Shown here: one piece after another, positions 36,129 through 50,057 of the stretch
How the letters are laid out: each line of letters opens with the position of its first letter
Position numbering within the stretch: the stretch's first letter is position 1
Origin: Gnetum montanum
Lineage: Eukaryota > Plantae > Gnetophyta
Reading direction: 5' to 3'
Assembly (NCBI GenBank): GCA_015680685.1
Contig: MNCI01000323.1
Coordinates: 59,305-123,304, forward strand
DNA: 64,000 nucleotides
Program-made: the position numbers and the translations under genes
The notes under the pieces: model-generated
What the model saw: the letters and a program-made list of their open reading frames with translations, nothing else
Databases searched by the model: none
Told to the model about the DNA's origin: nothing

Positions 36129-39100
36129 GTTGCCTCCTCATAATGGGCTGTTCCAAATGCTTTTGCCATTTGCCAAGGCGGATGATCTTGAATGTACCTG
36201 GCTTTCAAGAGCATTTCATAGCCCAAACAATATAACTCTCAATTCCAAGGCATCATTTGGTTTCTACAAGTAGCCTTAGATTCATTACCTTCCCATACCT
36301 TATGGAGATTAACTAAAACCCACTTCTTGACTTGTACATCAATACATGTTGGTAGATCCAGTGAATACTTCTTTGACACTAAAATAGCTAGTAGAGGAAT
36401 GTCATGAACTCTGAACAATTGATCATTTGTCTTAAACAAAACTGTATTNNNNNNNNNNNNNNNNNNNNNNNNNNNNNNNNNNNNNNNNNNNNNNNNNNNN
36501 NNNNNNNNNNNNNNNNNNNNNNNNNNNNNNNNNNNNNNNNNNNNNNNNNNNNNNNNNNNNNNNNNNNNNNNNNNNNNNNNNNNNNNNNNNNNNNNNNNNN
36601 NNNNNNNNNNNNNNNNNNNNNNNNNNNNNNNNNNNNNNNNNNNNNNNNNNNNNNNNNNNNNNNNNNNNNNNNNNNNNNNNNNNNNNNNNNNNNNNNNNNN
36701 NNNNNNNNNNNNNNNNNNNNNNNNNNNNNNNNNNNNNNNNNNNNNNNNNNNNNNNNNNNNNNNNNNNNNNNNNNNNNNNNNNNNNNNNNNNNNNNNNNNN
36801 NNNNNNNNNNNNNNNNNNNNNNNNNNNNNNNNNNNNNNNNNNNNNNNNNNNNNNNNNNNNNNNNNNNNNNNNNNNNNNNNNNNNNNNNNNNNNNNNNNNN
36901 NNNNNNNNNNNNNNNNNNNNNNNNNNNNNNNNNNNNNNNNNNNNNNNNNNNNNNNNNNNNNNNNNNNNNNNNNNNNNNNNNNNNNNNNNNNNNNNNNNNN
37001 NNNNNNNNNNNNNNNNNNNNNNNNNNNNNNNNNNNNNNNNNNNNNNNNNNNNNNNNNNNNNNNNNNNNNNNNNNNNNNNNNNNNNNNNNNNNNNNNNNNN
37101 NNNNNNNNNNNNNNNNNNNNNNNNNNNNNNNNNNNNNNNNNNNNNNNNNNNNNNNNNNNNNNNNNNNNNNNNNNNNNNNNNNNNNNNNNNNNNNNNNNNN
37201 NNNNNNNNNNNNNNNNNNNNNNNNNNNNNNNNNNNNNNNNNNNNNNNNNNNNNNNNNNNNNNNNNNNNNNNNNNNNNNNNNNNNNNNNNNNNNNNNNNNN
37301 NNNNNNNNNNNNNNNNNNNNNNNNNNNNNNNNNNNNNNNNNNNNNNNNNNCACCAACTGTTCACGGCAGGAACAACCACTCACACTAAGGATGGACACTT
37401 AGATCGTTACAACGATCGGGGCCGAAGTAGCCGAAGAGAAGGTAAGAAACATCACCACGGTGATGGATCCCCTTCCTCTTCTCCTTCAGCTCACCATTCA
37501 CACTCTCCTTCTACATCTGAGCGCAACCATCGTGAGCATAACGGAGAGGGTAAAAGTAAAAAGGAAGATGAAAGACCTCGACAGGAAGTTCGAGAGGAGT
37601 TAGGACAAGGGCAAGGACATAGGGAGAGTAGGGAACCACCACGAAGACATCATAGATGTCATGATAGAGATGATCATGACGAACCCCTACTCGCAACCTG
37701 AAGCATGCTCGATATCACAAAGGTAGTTAGGATCCCCACAAGGCACTTAAAAGATTGCAGGATCAAGTGTTTGGACATAAATAATATCCCACATTTTGAA
37801 GGGGGATACAACGCTAATCCTCAACATCATTTACAGGCATTCCACGATGCTTGTGCCTTGAAAAATATAGATAATGAGTGGTAGAAGCTTAAGTTGTTCC
37901 CAAGGACACTCACTAAAGAAGCAGAGAGCTGGTACCGGTCCTTAGAACCAGAAATCATCAGGAGGTGGAGTACGATGCTTGAACTGTTCAACAACAAATA
38001 TCAGACGTACTCCAGAGTGTCCAATTACCGTAAGCAAATCCAAGGCTGGAAACAAGGTGCTTATGAACCCTTGGATGTTGCCATGGCTTGTTACTATACA
38101 CTGCTACATTGTTTCCCACGCCATGGGTATGCTAAGCAGGATCAACTTCGCCACATCATGGATGGGCTAAGGAATGAAACGAGAAGAACTCTTGGGACTT
38201 ACGCCCAAGGGAGACTTTCCCAACTTAGAGCCCATAAAGTTGAAAGTTTGTTGGAATAAGTAGCACAAGAAGAGGGTGAGCTACGTAAGAGGGAAAGTAC
38301 GAAAGAATACAACCGTGATCCCTTCCTTTGCAAGAAGGGAGTGAAATTCTGTGATGAGGAGGATGAGTCACCACTCGAAGAGTTGGTGAANCAATACCCT
38401 TACCGGCAGCCCGATCCTTACAGTTATTATGTGCAGCAACCAGTTTCTCCAGGTGACTCTATGGGTCACACTACCCCCTAACATCACTACCAAGCTCGAG
38501 AGTACTTCTGGAGGACTCCTTCTCCTTCGGGAGATATCTCACATTCAGTCCATCCTCTAACTCCACCCGCACCTCTTCCACCTGTAGTTCCCATACAACC
38601 TATTCCAACAATGCAAGGGGAATTACCTACCCAACCGCAGCAACGTAATGTCGCGAGAGCTGTAAATATTCAGCATGTAAATATCCAACCAGGTACTAGT
38701 TCTGACAATAACTGTACAAAAAAGAGACCTTTTTTTAGAACTAGGAGCCCAGACAAACTCTCGCAACAACAAGTGGATGGGTACATGTATAGGCCTCTAA
38801 CCACTAACGCTTCGGAGAACCCTTTAGTCCAAAAGAGCGTAATGCATACGGTTATGTTAACACATACCGTAACTGACTAGATCAAGGTAGGCCACCTTCC
38901 CAGGAAACTAACTAACCCTAGGAGTCCCTTTATTTATTTGCAGATCGCTGGAAATGCACCACATCAGGATCTTCTTGACTCGGGTTCTGGAGTCAACTTA
39001 ATTTCACAAGAGATGTATCAGGCCTGGAACCTGCCCCAACTTAAGAAGAGGAACATCCAACTGGAGCTGGCAAACCAGTCCATCACCATTCCCTTAGGAT

Positions 39101-42100
39101 TGGTGGAGGATGTTATTACCACTGTGTGTGGTTGGTCCTACCCAGCTGACTTTCTGGTGATCAAAGTGAACAACAACGAATGGGACTTCCCAATTATAAT
39201 GGGAAGGGCATGGCTAAGCACAGTAGATGCATGCCTTAGGATCCACGATCTTTCCTTGGAAATCTCTAAGATAAACATATGTCGAAAGATCGAGAAGAGG
39301 ATAGTTCCATGCATCACATACAGTGATTCATCGAGTGATGACATTGAGGAAATGTCTCCATGTAATAGGTGTGCCCAAGAAACTCTGCAACAAAGATGCC
39401 TGTATGTAGCAACCACACAAGAAGTATTAGACACCCAGTGGTTGACAGCTTCTTCTAGGAGCAAACAAATATGCATGGAATGAACTGAGGAAAATCATGC
39501 CAACAACCGTGGCATAGACACATTGGAATGTGAGCGTCGCCAACTTCCACCCCTCAACTTAAGATCATCAATTGGGAGAAGTTGGGCACTTCTTAGAAAT
39601 TCNNNNNNNNNNNNNNNNNNNNNNNNNNNNNNNNNNNNNNNNNNNNNNNNNNNNNNNNNNNNNNNNNNNNNNNNNNNNNNNNNNNNNNNNNNNNNNNNNN
39701 NNNNNNNNNNNNNNNNNNNNNNNNNNNNNNNNNNNNNNNNNNNNNNNNNNNNNNNNNNNNNNNNNNNNNNNNNNNNNNNNNNNNNNNNNNNNNNNNNNNN
39801 NNNNNNNNNNNNNNNNNNNNNNNNNNNNNNNNNNNNNNNNNNNNNNNNNNNNNNNNNNNNNNNNNNNNNNNNNNNNNNNNNNNNNNNNNNNNNNNNNNNN
39901 NNNNNNNNNNNNNNNNNNNNNNNNNNNNNCTAAGGTATGTTTCTTTTGATATGGCAGGCAATGAGATCACTTCATCCATCCATCCACCAACTTCTATGGT
40001 TTCCCTTGGCTTGGAAATGTATAGTTCCCTTCCAATAAGAACTTTAATAAATCAGTGACTGGGTATTCTCAAACTAAGAAAGGACTCAAGGATTGCAAAG
40101 GGTGTGACTTCAAGGGAACTTAATGCTTTTGTGTTGGTCATTCTCTCGGATGCTTGGATGTTTTCTTCTTAAGTTTTCTTACTATTCCGATGTTACCCAA
40201 TTATTGGAAGCTGAGACAATAAAAATAAGAAGTCTTTGCATGGTGTGGTCCCCATGCATAAAAACACAAAATACAAAAAAAAAACCAAAGTAAGGATTCA
40301 AAGCACACCCCTTAGACGGAATAACTTTGGGCTGCAAGCACTGGTTATGGAACCAAAGTGTTCCCTCTAACTAAGGCCCTTCTCGCTTCCAGTTCTCTCC
40401 TTTGTTTCGTCGGAATGGTGGTGGCTCTTCAAAGATGCATCCTCATTATCTAAGTGGATGGTTAGCCAAATGCATTGATGCGAAGTCACTGGAAGTGGTT
40501 GGTTTGAGCCCGAAGTTGGAATGAGACTTGCCAAGTCACATTAACCATAAAACACACAAGGGGCTATACACCACCTTGTTCTTGGGATTCCACTCCACTT
40601 CTCTTCTTTCCATCATTCTCTCCATTGTTCACCTCATTGCTGGTTGTATCATTAGTGTATATTTTGGTAGATATATTATTTTCTTTTTGGTAAATTCTTC
40701 CGGTTAAGACTTTAACTCTTGTTCCAAAGGACATTCCCAGAGCCTACAGACTCTTTGAATGTGGGGTTGTCAGGGCATTAAGGGCATGAGCCTACTTTGG
40801 GGATTACCCACTGACATTCCTACTTGGGACATTAGTTAACTTCTTTTCCTTAACATTTTACAATTAATTTTATTTTTGTTCATTCCCATCTTGATATCTC
40901 TTTCATTGATGCCATAGTTGTCCCTTTTTACCTATCTTTCTTACTCCTTTTCTTTCTCCATTCTAACGCTACTGAAGGTTTTTGATTAGTCATGGGGGTA
41001 CGGGGCCTACTTTTTCGATTTTTCTCCTAAGCCCCGAATTTTTTCATTTCTCTTCCTAACCCCTACACCTTTGGTAGTCATCATCTACATATTCCTAGGT
41101 CCATATCAGCCATACCACAACCTAGCCAATGAACCTACACCGAAGCAAGGTATTGTTTACTTAATGATTCAATTACCCTTGCTAATATATGATTGTGTTG
41201 TGTGTGCAGATGACAATCATACAACAACGGAATGGATCTGGAGCAAACACTTGGAATGGAGCAGCGCTAAAGCAGCTATGCAAGGAGTAGAATTGATGAT
41301 GCGCTTACGAATGGACAACGGAAGGCACAATCTAGGCATTGGCAACAGCAAGACTCTTCTCTCTTCTTCTCTTCTATTCTTTTTCCTCTTTTCTCTCAGC
41401 TGCCAAATGTGGCCTGATGTCATTGTAATAAGGTGTTCACCCTTGTTGTCATGAACACTAGTTTTGTCAAGTCTTGTAATAATGAACAGTTCACATGTCA
41501 TTCCATTAGTTCCATTCCCCTCAATAATCCCATACCTACCTGATATTATTGTAAGNNNNNNNNNNNNNNNNNNNNNNNNNNNNNNNNNNNNNNNNNNNNN
41601 NNNNNNNNNNNNNNNNNNNNNNNNNNNNNNNNNNNNNNNNNNNNNNNNNNNNNNNNNNNNNNNNNNNNNNNNNNNNNNNNNNNNNNNNNNNNNNTTAATT
41701 AATGTTATTTATTGCTTTCCTAGTAACGCGGCATGAGTACAACTTGGTTACGAGCGTTGATGAACGTGTACGGCTAGCCAAGAAATCGGCTACTCATCGT
41801 GATTATATATACTCACCCTTACCTCCTAGAACATGGGACAAGTACGACTTGATTACGAGCATCTACGGATGCGTACGGCTAGTCAAGGAATCGGGTGCTT
41901 GTCACACTTAGGTTAGTTAAGTGCCTCAGTATGACCGCTTCGAGCACGTGTGTTACGTGTGGTAATCCCAGTAACGATTAGCATTTGGTAGCCACAGTTG
42001 CACAGTTCAGGGTGTGTACGACAAGTGGGAACGGATGCTGATGCTAGGACTTAGTGTTGTAGTTAGAATTAGTTTTAGTCTCTCAACTCTTCACTGTTAG

Positions 42101-42794
42101 CATAGGAGATAAATCAGAAAATACCAAAAAAATCATATACCTCGGACTTACTTAACCATACACCATGACAACAACAAGTAAGTCTTGGAAGACAACGATT
42201 AATTAACCCCAAGTGTTCCTTACAGCGTTTAGGCATTTAGTCTGTGGAGTTCGACCAGATCGCGCGTGCTACGCTCGTTTCGTATGGTTGAGTGTAGGGG
42301 TACCTCGCCACTCATCACACGATGTCAACATTTGCACAAGCAACAGACAAGGCTTTTACAAAGTGAAAAGAGCATTCACGACTCTACCATGAGGTTTGTT
42401 TATGACTGTGAGGTTGGTAATTGCTATAAAAATGACCCATGCTACCACCCTCAATTCTAGTGTTGGCAAAATGAGGAGAACAAGCAATAGACAAATATAT
42501 AATTTTAGTTTAATCAACTATCTATTACAGCTAAATTCATGCCATGATTTGAATACAATTATGATACTACAGAGTGTAACAAGGAAGCACAACTTTGCAA
42601 GGTCCACATGAACAAAATAAGTAGGTACAACTAAGGGAGGTTCTATTCTATTCTATTCTATTGTCCAATCTAGTAGTTAATTAAGATATCCCAAAAGTTG
42701 ATGTGACATCGATCAATCAAGAGGGAAAATACTTGAATCATGGTCATATACACATGCTGGCGATGTCCACAAACAAAATAACATCTAGGACATT

Positions 42795-44235
42795 CTTTAT
42801 TTATAGTGTTTTTGGTAAACATGTGACTCGTTGGTAACTGCAAAGCACAATCACAGTCAGAAATTTACTAATTGGGCTGATGGTACTATATTTTTTATGA
42901 CAAGAAAATTTAAAACTTTCTTTGTAGCATGAAAAATTTATAAAATTTCTTCAACCAACTTCTTAACAACAGAACAATTTAGCAAATTAGGCAAGTACAA
43001 ACAATAAAATATTTAAAAAGAGAAATAAAGTGGAATTACAATAGTGTAACTAAAAAGTATTAGTAACCTGCTTATTAGAGGGATGATGCTCAAATACTAG
43101 CGTGGGGTGATGCATGGGTGCTAAGTGGGATGGGTTGGGTCCTATGACTAGGTGATGATCTGGCGACATCATCAGAAATAAAGGTTGGGTAGCATGGGGT
43201 CTGGACGGATGCTAAAGTCTCGCGGCTATGTTTTGGGGACATTGAGGGATGGTCCAAGGTCTAGAGGGATGCTGGAGTCTTGTGGCTGGGTTTTGGGGAC
43301 ATTGGGGGATGGTCCGAGTGTGGTATGTCATCATGTGGGTTTATTTTGAATGGGCCAAATTGAGTTGGCTTGTGCTATACACCCTTGTACATATTTTTTT
43401 GGATTAATTTATTTTGAATTTTTCTCCAAAAAAAAGTACTAGTAACTTGTTAATTATTGAATTGCAGAGTTACCATATGTAACATCATGTAACTACCATG
43501 GCAACATAGAAGCATTATTTGGTAATTTTGAATAATTCCATAACTATATGTTAATAATTTTGCCCAAAAAATTTCAACTTAAATATGACGTAACTATATA
43601 TTAATCATTAATCATAATTTCTATTAATAATAGCCATAATAAAATTCTTTCAATTTCAAAAAAAAAACCTTACACATGGATTTTTAAATGTTATGCATGC
43701 CAAAATCTAGTTAGAAATGTTCAAGTGATTTCTTGATCCACTACTAGATATCATGGTGCACTTAAAACTTATAATTTTGATTCTAATGTTCTCTATATTT
43801 ATGGTGTTTTTTGTAAATATATGACTCGTTGGCAACTACAAATCACAGTCACAGTCACAAATTTGAATATACTTTTTTATACCAAGAAACTTGAAAACTT
43901 TGGGTGTAACATAACTTTATAAAACTTCTTCTACCAAATTCTTCATAGAAAATTAAGCAAATACAAGCAAAAAGTATAAAACAAGAGATATACAATGGAA
44001 TTACAACATCACAACAAAGAGTACCATTGTGGCAGTATAATGGTTACCAAATGTAAAATCAGGTGACTACCCTAGCAAGATAGGATCATTATTTCGTAGT
44101 TTTGAATAATTTCATAACTATATGTTAATAATTTTGCCCAAAAAATTACAAGTTATGTATGGCATAACTATACATTAGCCATGAATCATAATTTCTATTA
44201 ATAATGGCCGTAGTAAAATTCTCTCAGTTTCAAAA
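42795..44235. repeat. Old tandem duplication of non-coding DNA
   Basis: 42795-43040 aligns with 43795-44010, and 43510-43660 with 44085-44235. Confidence 0.7.
43071..43430 (+). mobile_element. Short non-LTR retroposon (5'-truncated LINE or SINE-like)
   Basis: Ends in an A-run; flanked by a 19-bp direct repeat aaaaagtaYtagtaacYtg (43052-43070 / 43431-43449); internal ~60-bp duplication; absent from the sister copy of the duplication. Confidence 0.6.
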
Positions 44236-44819
44236 ATAGGTTACAAAATATTGGAAATTCCATTAAATTTGTTATCTGGAATTCAAAAGCATTGCAAAGA
44301 TATATGTATCCACTCAAAAGGATAGTAATTCCAATGATGTTGTTCTATCACGGATTTCCTCTACTTTGTTTTGAATCTCCATTGATAAACTGGAGGCCTC
44401 CATGTGGGAATTCATTCCTTCTAGGCAAGTACATTTTTCAGTAGCACTACTCTCTAAATCATTTCAAGTGTTACACTACATCTTGTAGACATTAAACAAA
44501 ATTTTTTACTACAATGGAATACACATCATTCTCTAAAAAACTGAAAATAAAATTTGTGTTACAAATAGTAATTTACTTTTGAAATTGGAAACATGATGGT
44601 CAAAATGATCTTAGCATATAAATTACTTAGGTCCTAAATGTTATATTAATTATACATGGAATAAATATATCTCTAACCAAATTGCAAGTGGGATCTTTCT
44701 AAGATTAATCCCCTCCACCAAAAGAGAAATAAATTTAAATGTAACTCTTTCCCATTTCAGCTTTCATAACTACTGATTCATTAATGTCTAAAGCTGAGTG
44801 AATATATTCACAATTTATA

Positions 44820-47800
44820 ATCGCAATATAAAAAAATACAATCTTTATTGCTCACACAACTTTTTACAAGAAGCAAGGAATACTTTAGAGGTGCAATACG
44901 TAGCACTCTAGATCTCTCTTGCTTTTTAGCGTACAAGGAATGCTTTGAAAGGCACACAATGCAGCACTTTCAGATCTCTCTTATACCACTCTAGAGTAAT
45001 GAATGCTTCACAGATGCACAAGGCGCAACAATCTGGATGTCTCTTACTCTTTTACTCACACTCTTTTACTCACACTAGACAACTCTCTAACTCTTTGTTA
45101 TATGCTCTCAAAACTTTTTGGACCTCTACTTCTACTTACAAGACTTTATATAGGCGTGCAGCCACCACCTTACAATCAGATAAACATTACATAGTGGAAG
45201 ACAACATGATTGCAAATATTACATTCTAGCAAACATTATTATATGGAATATTTGATACATGATTCTTTTTATGGGGCAGTGTCAAGTGTGCTTGGTGGAG
45301 AATCACTTTCTCTTGGTGTGGTCATTTATTTTGCCTTGAATTCCTCTAAATGTGATGTGTCCATAGTACTGTCAGCAATTATGCCTGCGAGATAAAGAGT
45401 TTTCTCATATCCACCATGACGTCGAAAGGTTTCAATGTGTGGTTCCAAGTTGTAAAGCTCAAGGGTACATGGCACGCATTGCTGATTTTGACAGGTCATA
45501 ATGATATCATAAGTGATAATGGTGTACACATCCTAGAAAAAGGCATAACTAAAAGTATTGTCTCAATCAATGCATCTAGATATACAAGTTGTCAAAAAAT
45601 ATAATGATGGATTAATGGTTTAACCAAAATGCCAATTTTTGGATTCAAGATGAGCATAATAGAGCAAGTCACCATGATAAGAGGGAAGTCGATGATAAAG
45701 GTTCCTAGGATATCCATTTGGTATATGTAAAGAGGAGAGACCAAAACGTGCCCACCAATCCCAAAATAAAACATTTTTATTTGAAGGATAATTAATAGGA
45801 CTCATTTCTATTTTATAAAGGTGGACAGGATCAAGCTAATACAATGGCCAACACAAAATTTCAAGAGGATTACCATGTTGGATGTCAATATAAGTCATGA
45901 GTTTGCAGTGGATGGGGATGACAGACAAATCCTCTCTTTCATCTTGGATTGTAAACACCTTTTGGACTATAGTGGTATATGGGGATATATTTTGGTTTAT
46001 TAATAGGAAGGAATCCCACCATGGTTCACATTCATGTTTGTAGAATGCTTGCTCTGCAAAAGACATATAAGTTTCATGACAATGTAGATGCCTAAGCTAT
46101 CAACAGTAGCGCAATGTCCATCCTTCTTGCTGTAATAGATCTACAAGACTTATATACAAGTTTAATACAAACATATTATGAGAAAAATAATAATTAAAAT
46201 TGAAATTCTCTAGTAAGGAAATCTGCTAGAGAATTATTCTTTCCATCTAAATATTGAGTTTCAAAAGAAAATTTAGGTAGAAACAAATACCATTGAATTA
46301 ATTTTGTATGAGCAACTTTGTTAAGATTTTTCTTTATGTGTATTGTGATAATTGAGTTGGGGTGTATTGTGATAATTGAGTTGGGGTGCATTGAATTTAC
46401 TAGAAGCATATCAACAAATATGAATAATACCATCTATTTCTTCTTTTAAGGTAGCTCCCCAAAATTCATAGGATGCATTTTCCTCAAGAATGAATCTACC
46501 ATTAGTTGGGAGTCTAAGCTTTGGAAGATGTAGACATTTTTCTTTAATTTGTTTAATATTAGTTTTATGTTGTTCAGTCGAAGCTCCAACATTAGAACTT
46601 AATTGTTGATTTAACAATTTTCTGTCTTTAGCAAGATGTTGATAAAATCCTGAAACATAATTGATGCAACTAAGAAACTGTTGAAGTTGAGTTTTATCAG
46701 TAATAATGTCAGGAAAATTCTTGATTGCAATTAGCATGTCGGTTTGCAGATGGATATGTCCATGTGAAATTTCTAAACCAAGAAAATTCACAGTTGGTTG
46801 AGCTATAGTCATTTTCTTTTTAGAAGGTGATAGGACTAATCCATTTTCATCCACTAATTCATAGAATTTTTCTAAATGTTGAAGATGGTCTGCTGCATTT
46901 TTGCTCATGATTAAAATATCGTCAATATGTATAATAATAAAAGGATATTCAATAAATATTTTATCTATACATTGTTAAAATATAGAGGGGGTAGTTTTCA
47001 ACCCAAAGGATAAAATTTTCCATTCGTAAAGTCCACTGAGGACTGTAAAAACAGTTTTCCATTAGTCAGGTTTGTGAAGTTGGATTTGCCAAAATCCAAA
47101 TTTTAAATCAAATTTTGAGTAAATGTTCATATGTTGTAATCGTTGAAGTAAATCATCTTTACTCGAAATGGGATTTTAAATAGATTTAACAATATCATTC
47201 AGGGGTTTATAATTAACCACTAGCCTTTTTTTACCGCAAACTATTTCTGCTCTTTTATTAATGTAAAAAGAAACACATGCAAGGAACTAGTGATAAGTTG
47301 AATGAGTTGTTTTTGTAGTAATGTCTAAATTTCCTGATCACATTCTTTACGTACTTCAAGTGACATTCCAATATGATGTGCCTTACTTTGGATTTTGACA
47401 TTATCTTTTAAATCTATCATACACCAATGTTGTTTTTTATGATGGAAAACAATCAGATCTGATGCTAATCTAAGCAATTTCCTTTTTATAGTATCAAAAG
47501 CATCATGATGGTGTGATATTTGATTTATGACCCAATCTATTTTTTGAGTTTTTTGTTTAAGTAGTGTTTCAAATCTAATTTTATAAGTAGATTGTCTAGG
47601 AAAAAAATATTTCTTAAAATAATATTTTAAGAAGTAATAGCATATGGTTATAAAGTTTGTAAATTATCAGTACCAACTAATAAATCATAGGATGGAATAT
47701 TAAACTGATAAACTTGCAAAAACATGATGGTTCTTTTAGGAGTATAGATGGGAATGGAGGTTTGCATTTCTATTGTTCTATGTTGTGTATTAAACACAAC

Positions 47801-50057
47801 CATTTGCTTTTCGCCATTTTTCCAACAAAAGTCAAGAAGAACTTTAGGTCCAGCTAAAGATATTTTTACTCCACTATCAATCAAAGCATTAATAGGATAA
47901 GATTTTAAACTAGGTAGTTTAATATGAAAAGTACAAAAAAGTAATGATGTTTTTACCTAATTTTTGTTAACTAATTGAATTGGTGAAGCTTGTTTACCTT
48001 GTTCTTCATAAATTTTTCGTTGTTCACTTTTCTCTTCTTGTTTTAATTCCTATAATTATCTGTTGGCCCATTCAATGAACGTTTGCAATTGTTGTATCCT
48101 ATGAGTTCGCCATAAGGATCTTTGTGTTGGATCATTAGCATTTAATGGTTGTTTGTTTTATTTTTTCACATTCTTCTTCTAATTTTAATAAATCTTTGAG
48201 TTGTTCTTCATCAGGTGGTTGAGAATCTTCATGAAATAAAGCTTGTTCTTTTAAATATCTTTTATGTAGTTTGATTTCCTCTTTCTTTTCATTAATTTTA
48301 TGTTCAAAGAAAATACATTTGTGAATATGATCAACAAGTGGAGTTTTCTTTACAGCTTTCTACAAATTCTCAAGTTGGTTGTTTAATTCTTACAGAATTA
48401 AATTATCATCAGGATTATGATATTGAGGAATGTGACCTTTTATATATGGCCTAGTAGAAGGTCTAAAACAAGATGGGTTATTTTTATAAAAATTGATATT
48501 ATAGTAAAAAACATCAAAATCATCTGAATCCAAATTAAGATCGGGATAATCATCATATTTATGATCAAAAGGAAGCCATTCCATACCTTCAAATAAATAG
48601 TCATATGATGTATGTATTATGATATCCCCTTATTGTAAACCAATATCTTCATTTGTAACCCAATCATAATATTGTTCATTTAATGGATGTTTTTCAATAA
48701 AATTAATCTTATTTTGATGATAAGATTTCTGAGGGCATTGATTTGAAAAATGTGGACCTTGGCAAAGATAACATTTAATATTTTTTCAAGGAAGTTTTCT
48801 TTGTCTACGTTTAAACATTCCTCTAAACCTTTTTCCTTCTGGTCGTATTGTTTGAGGTTTTCTATGCCATTATTGCTATCTTCTTAGTCTTTTTCATTTT
48901 TTATTTTTTTTTTGGGATGTTGTTCTTTTTTGGCAACATGCTTTTTCTTTGTAAAACATTTCTTTTGGATAGATCTCTAAACAGATAGATTTTCCTATTT
49001 TTTTTTTACTAAGATCTACTATTTGGCGTTGTGCTTGTTGGTCATAGCAAAGTTCTTTATTAATGTTGGTAATAAATTTCCTAATTTCACCAAAACTCAT
49101 TTCTACTAAGACTAAATTTTAATGTTTTACTTCAGCCAAATATTTGTTACAAAATGGTTGGAGTCAACAACCTGGTAGATGCTCTTTTGCGCCAATCTCA
49201 TGCGTCAATTTTCCATTATAATATAATTCTTCCATCGTGTCTAAAAATCTATATAAATCTTGGATTTTAGGTTATCTAGCTTTAAAAAATCTATCCCTAT
49301 ATAAATTTTCTTGATTTTTTCTATTTCCTACAAATTCTTTTGTAATAGCATTTAAAATAAAAACACTCGGTGCATTAATCAACTTTCTTTTGATTGGATT
49401 AGGAATATGGTTCCACCATTGTTTAAAGATACCTCTAAAAAGATAAGTAGCATTCTAGATAGCTTGTCTAGAGGTTTTTCTTTTTAATAAAATCTGAATA
49501 AACAAATAACTATAAATTGAGTCAATGAATTCTTGTCTTTCTTATAGATTTTTATTATCCATTGTAAAAATTGGGCTTTTATCTTGAGCTTTTCGTACTT
49601 GAATTGCAGCAAAATCTATAAGATCTTCTATTTGTGTATTAGAAGTTTTGGATAGTAAGATCTTTTCTTCAAAATCTGAGGTAGTACCTCCTTCTAATTC
49701 AGTACTACTAGTAGAGGGTGTTTTGATGTGAATACCACTAGTATTAGCACTGACTTTTGATTTTCTTCTTTTTTTTTCTCTCCTAATTCGTTTTGTTTTC
49801 TCCTGTATCTTGTAGTATGTGATTTTCCTATGTGAGGTGGAGATCCCAGAATAGGTAATTCTTTTAGTGAAGATAGAACACTCGTTTGTACTTTTGGTAC
49901 CCAGACGCTATGTATTTGTATGAAATTATTATATATAATGTCTAACTTTTTATCTTGTTTTGCTACCATTTCTTCTATATTATCAATATTTGTATTTGCC
50001 CAGTTTTGGAGTTGTACTATATTAAAAGGTTGGAGTTTTGCAGTTGTACTATATCAG
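44820..50057 (-). mobile_element. Endogenous caulimovirid A, left arm plus central single-copy spacer
   Basis: Decayed CP with CYLCQGPHFSNQC knuckle, protease ALIDSG (~47875), RT IHIDDILIMS (~46920), RH ending NSLADFLTREFQF (46194), extra ORF 45269-46140, TATA 45145-45152, AATAAA 44844-44849; no integrase or LTRs. Confidence 0.9.

Larger units (their letters stand above)
32816..42317 (+). mobile_element. Non-autonomous Athila-like LTR retrotransposon, copy C, with a nested insertion in its 5' LTR
   Basis: TGATG at 32816 and CATCA at 42317; perfect TSD CACGA (32811-32815 / 42318-42322); gag 37351-38880; protease LLDSGSGVNLIS 38938-39483; PBS and PPT fall in N-gaps. Confidence 0.9.

Noticed and set aside
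36388-37402. Long ORFs of 315-336 aa (also 33324-33761, 39523-39979, 20107-20420)
   Set aside because: They are poly-X translations of N-gaps.
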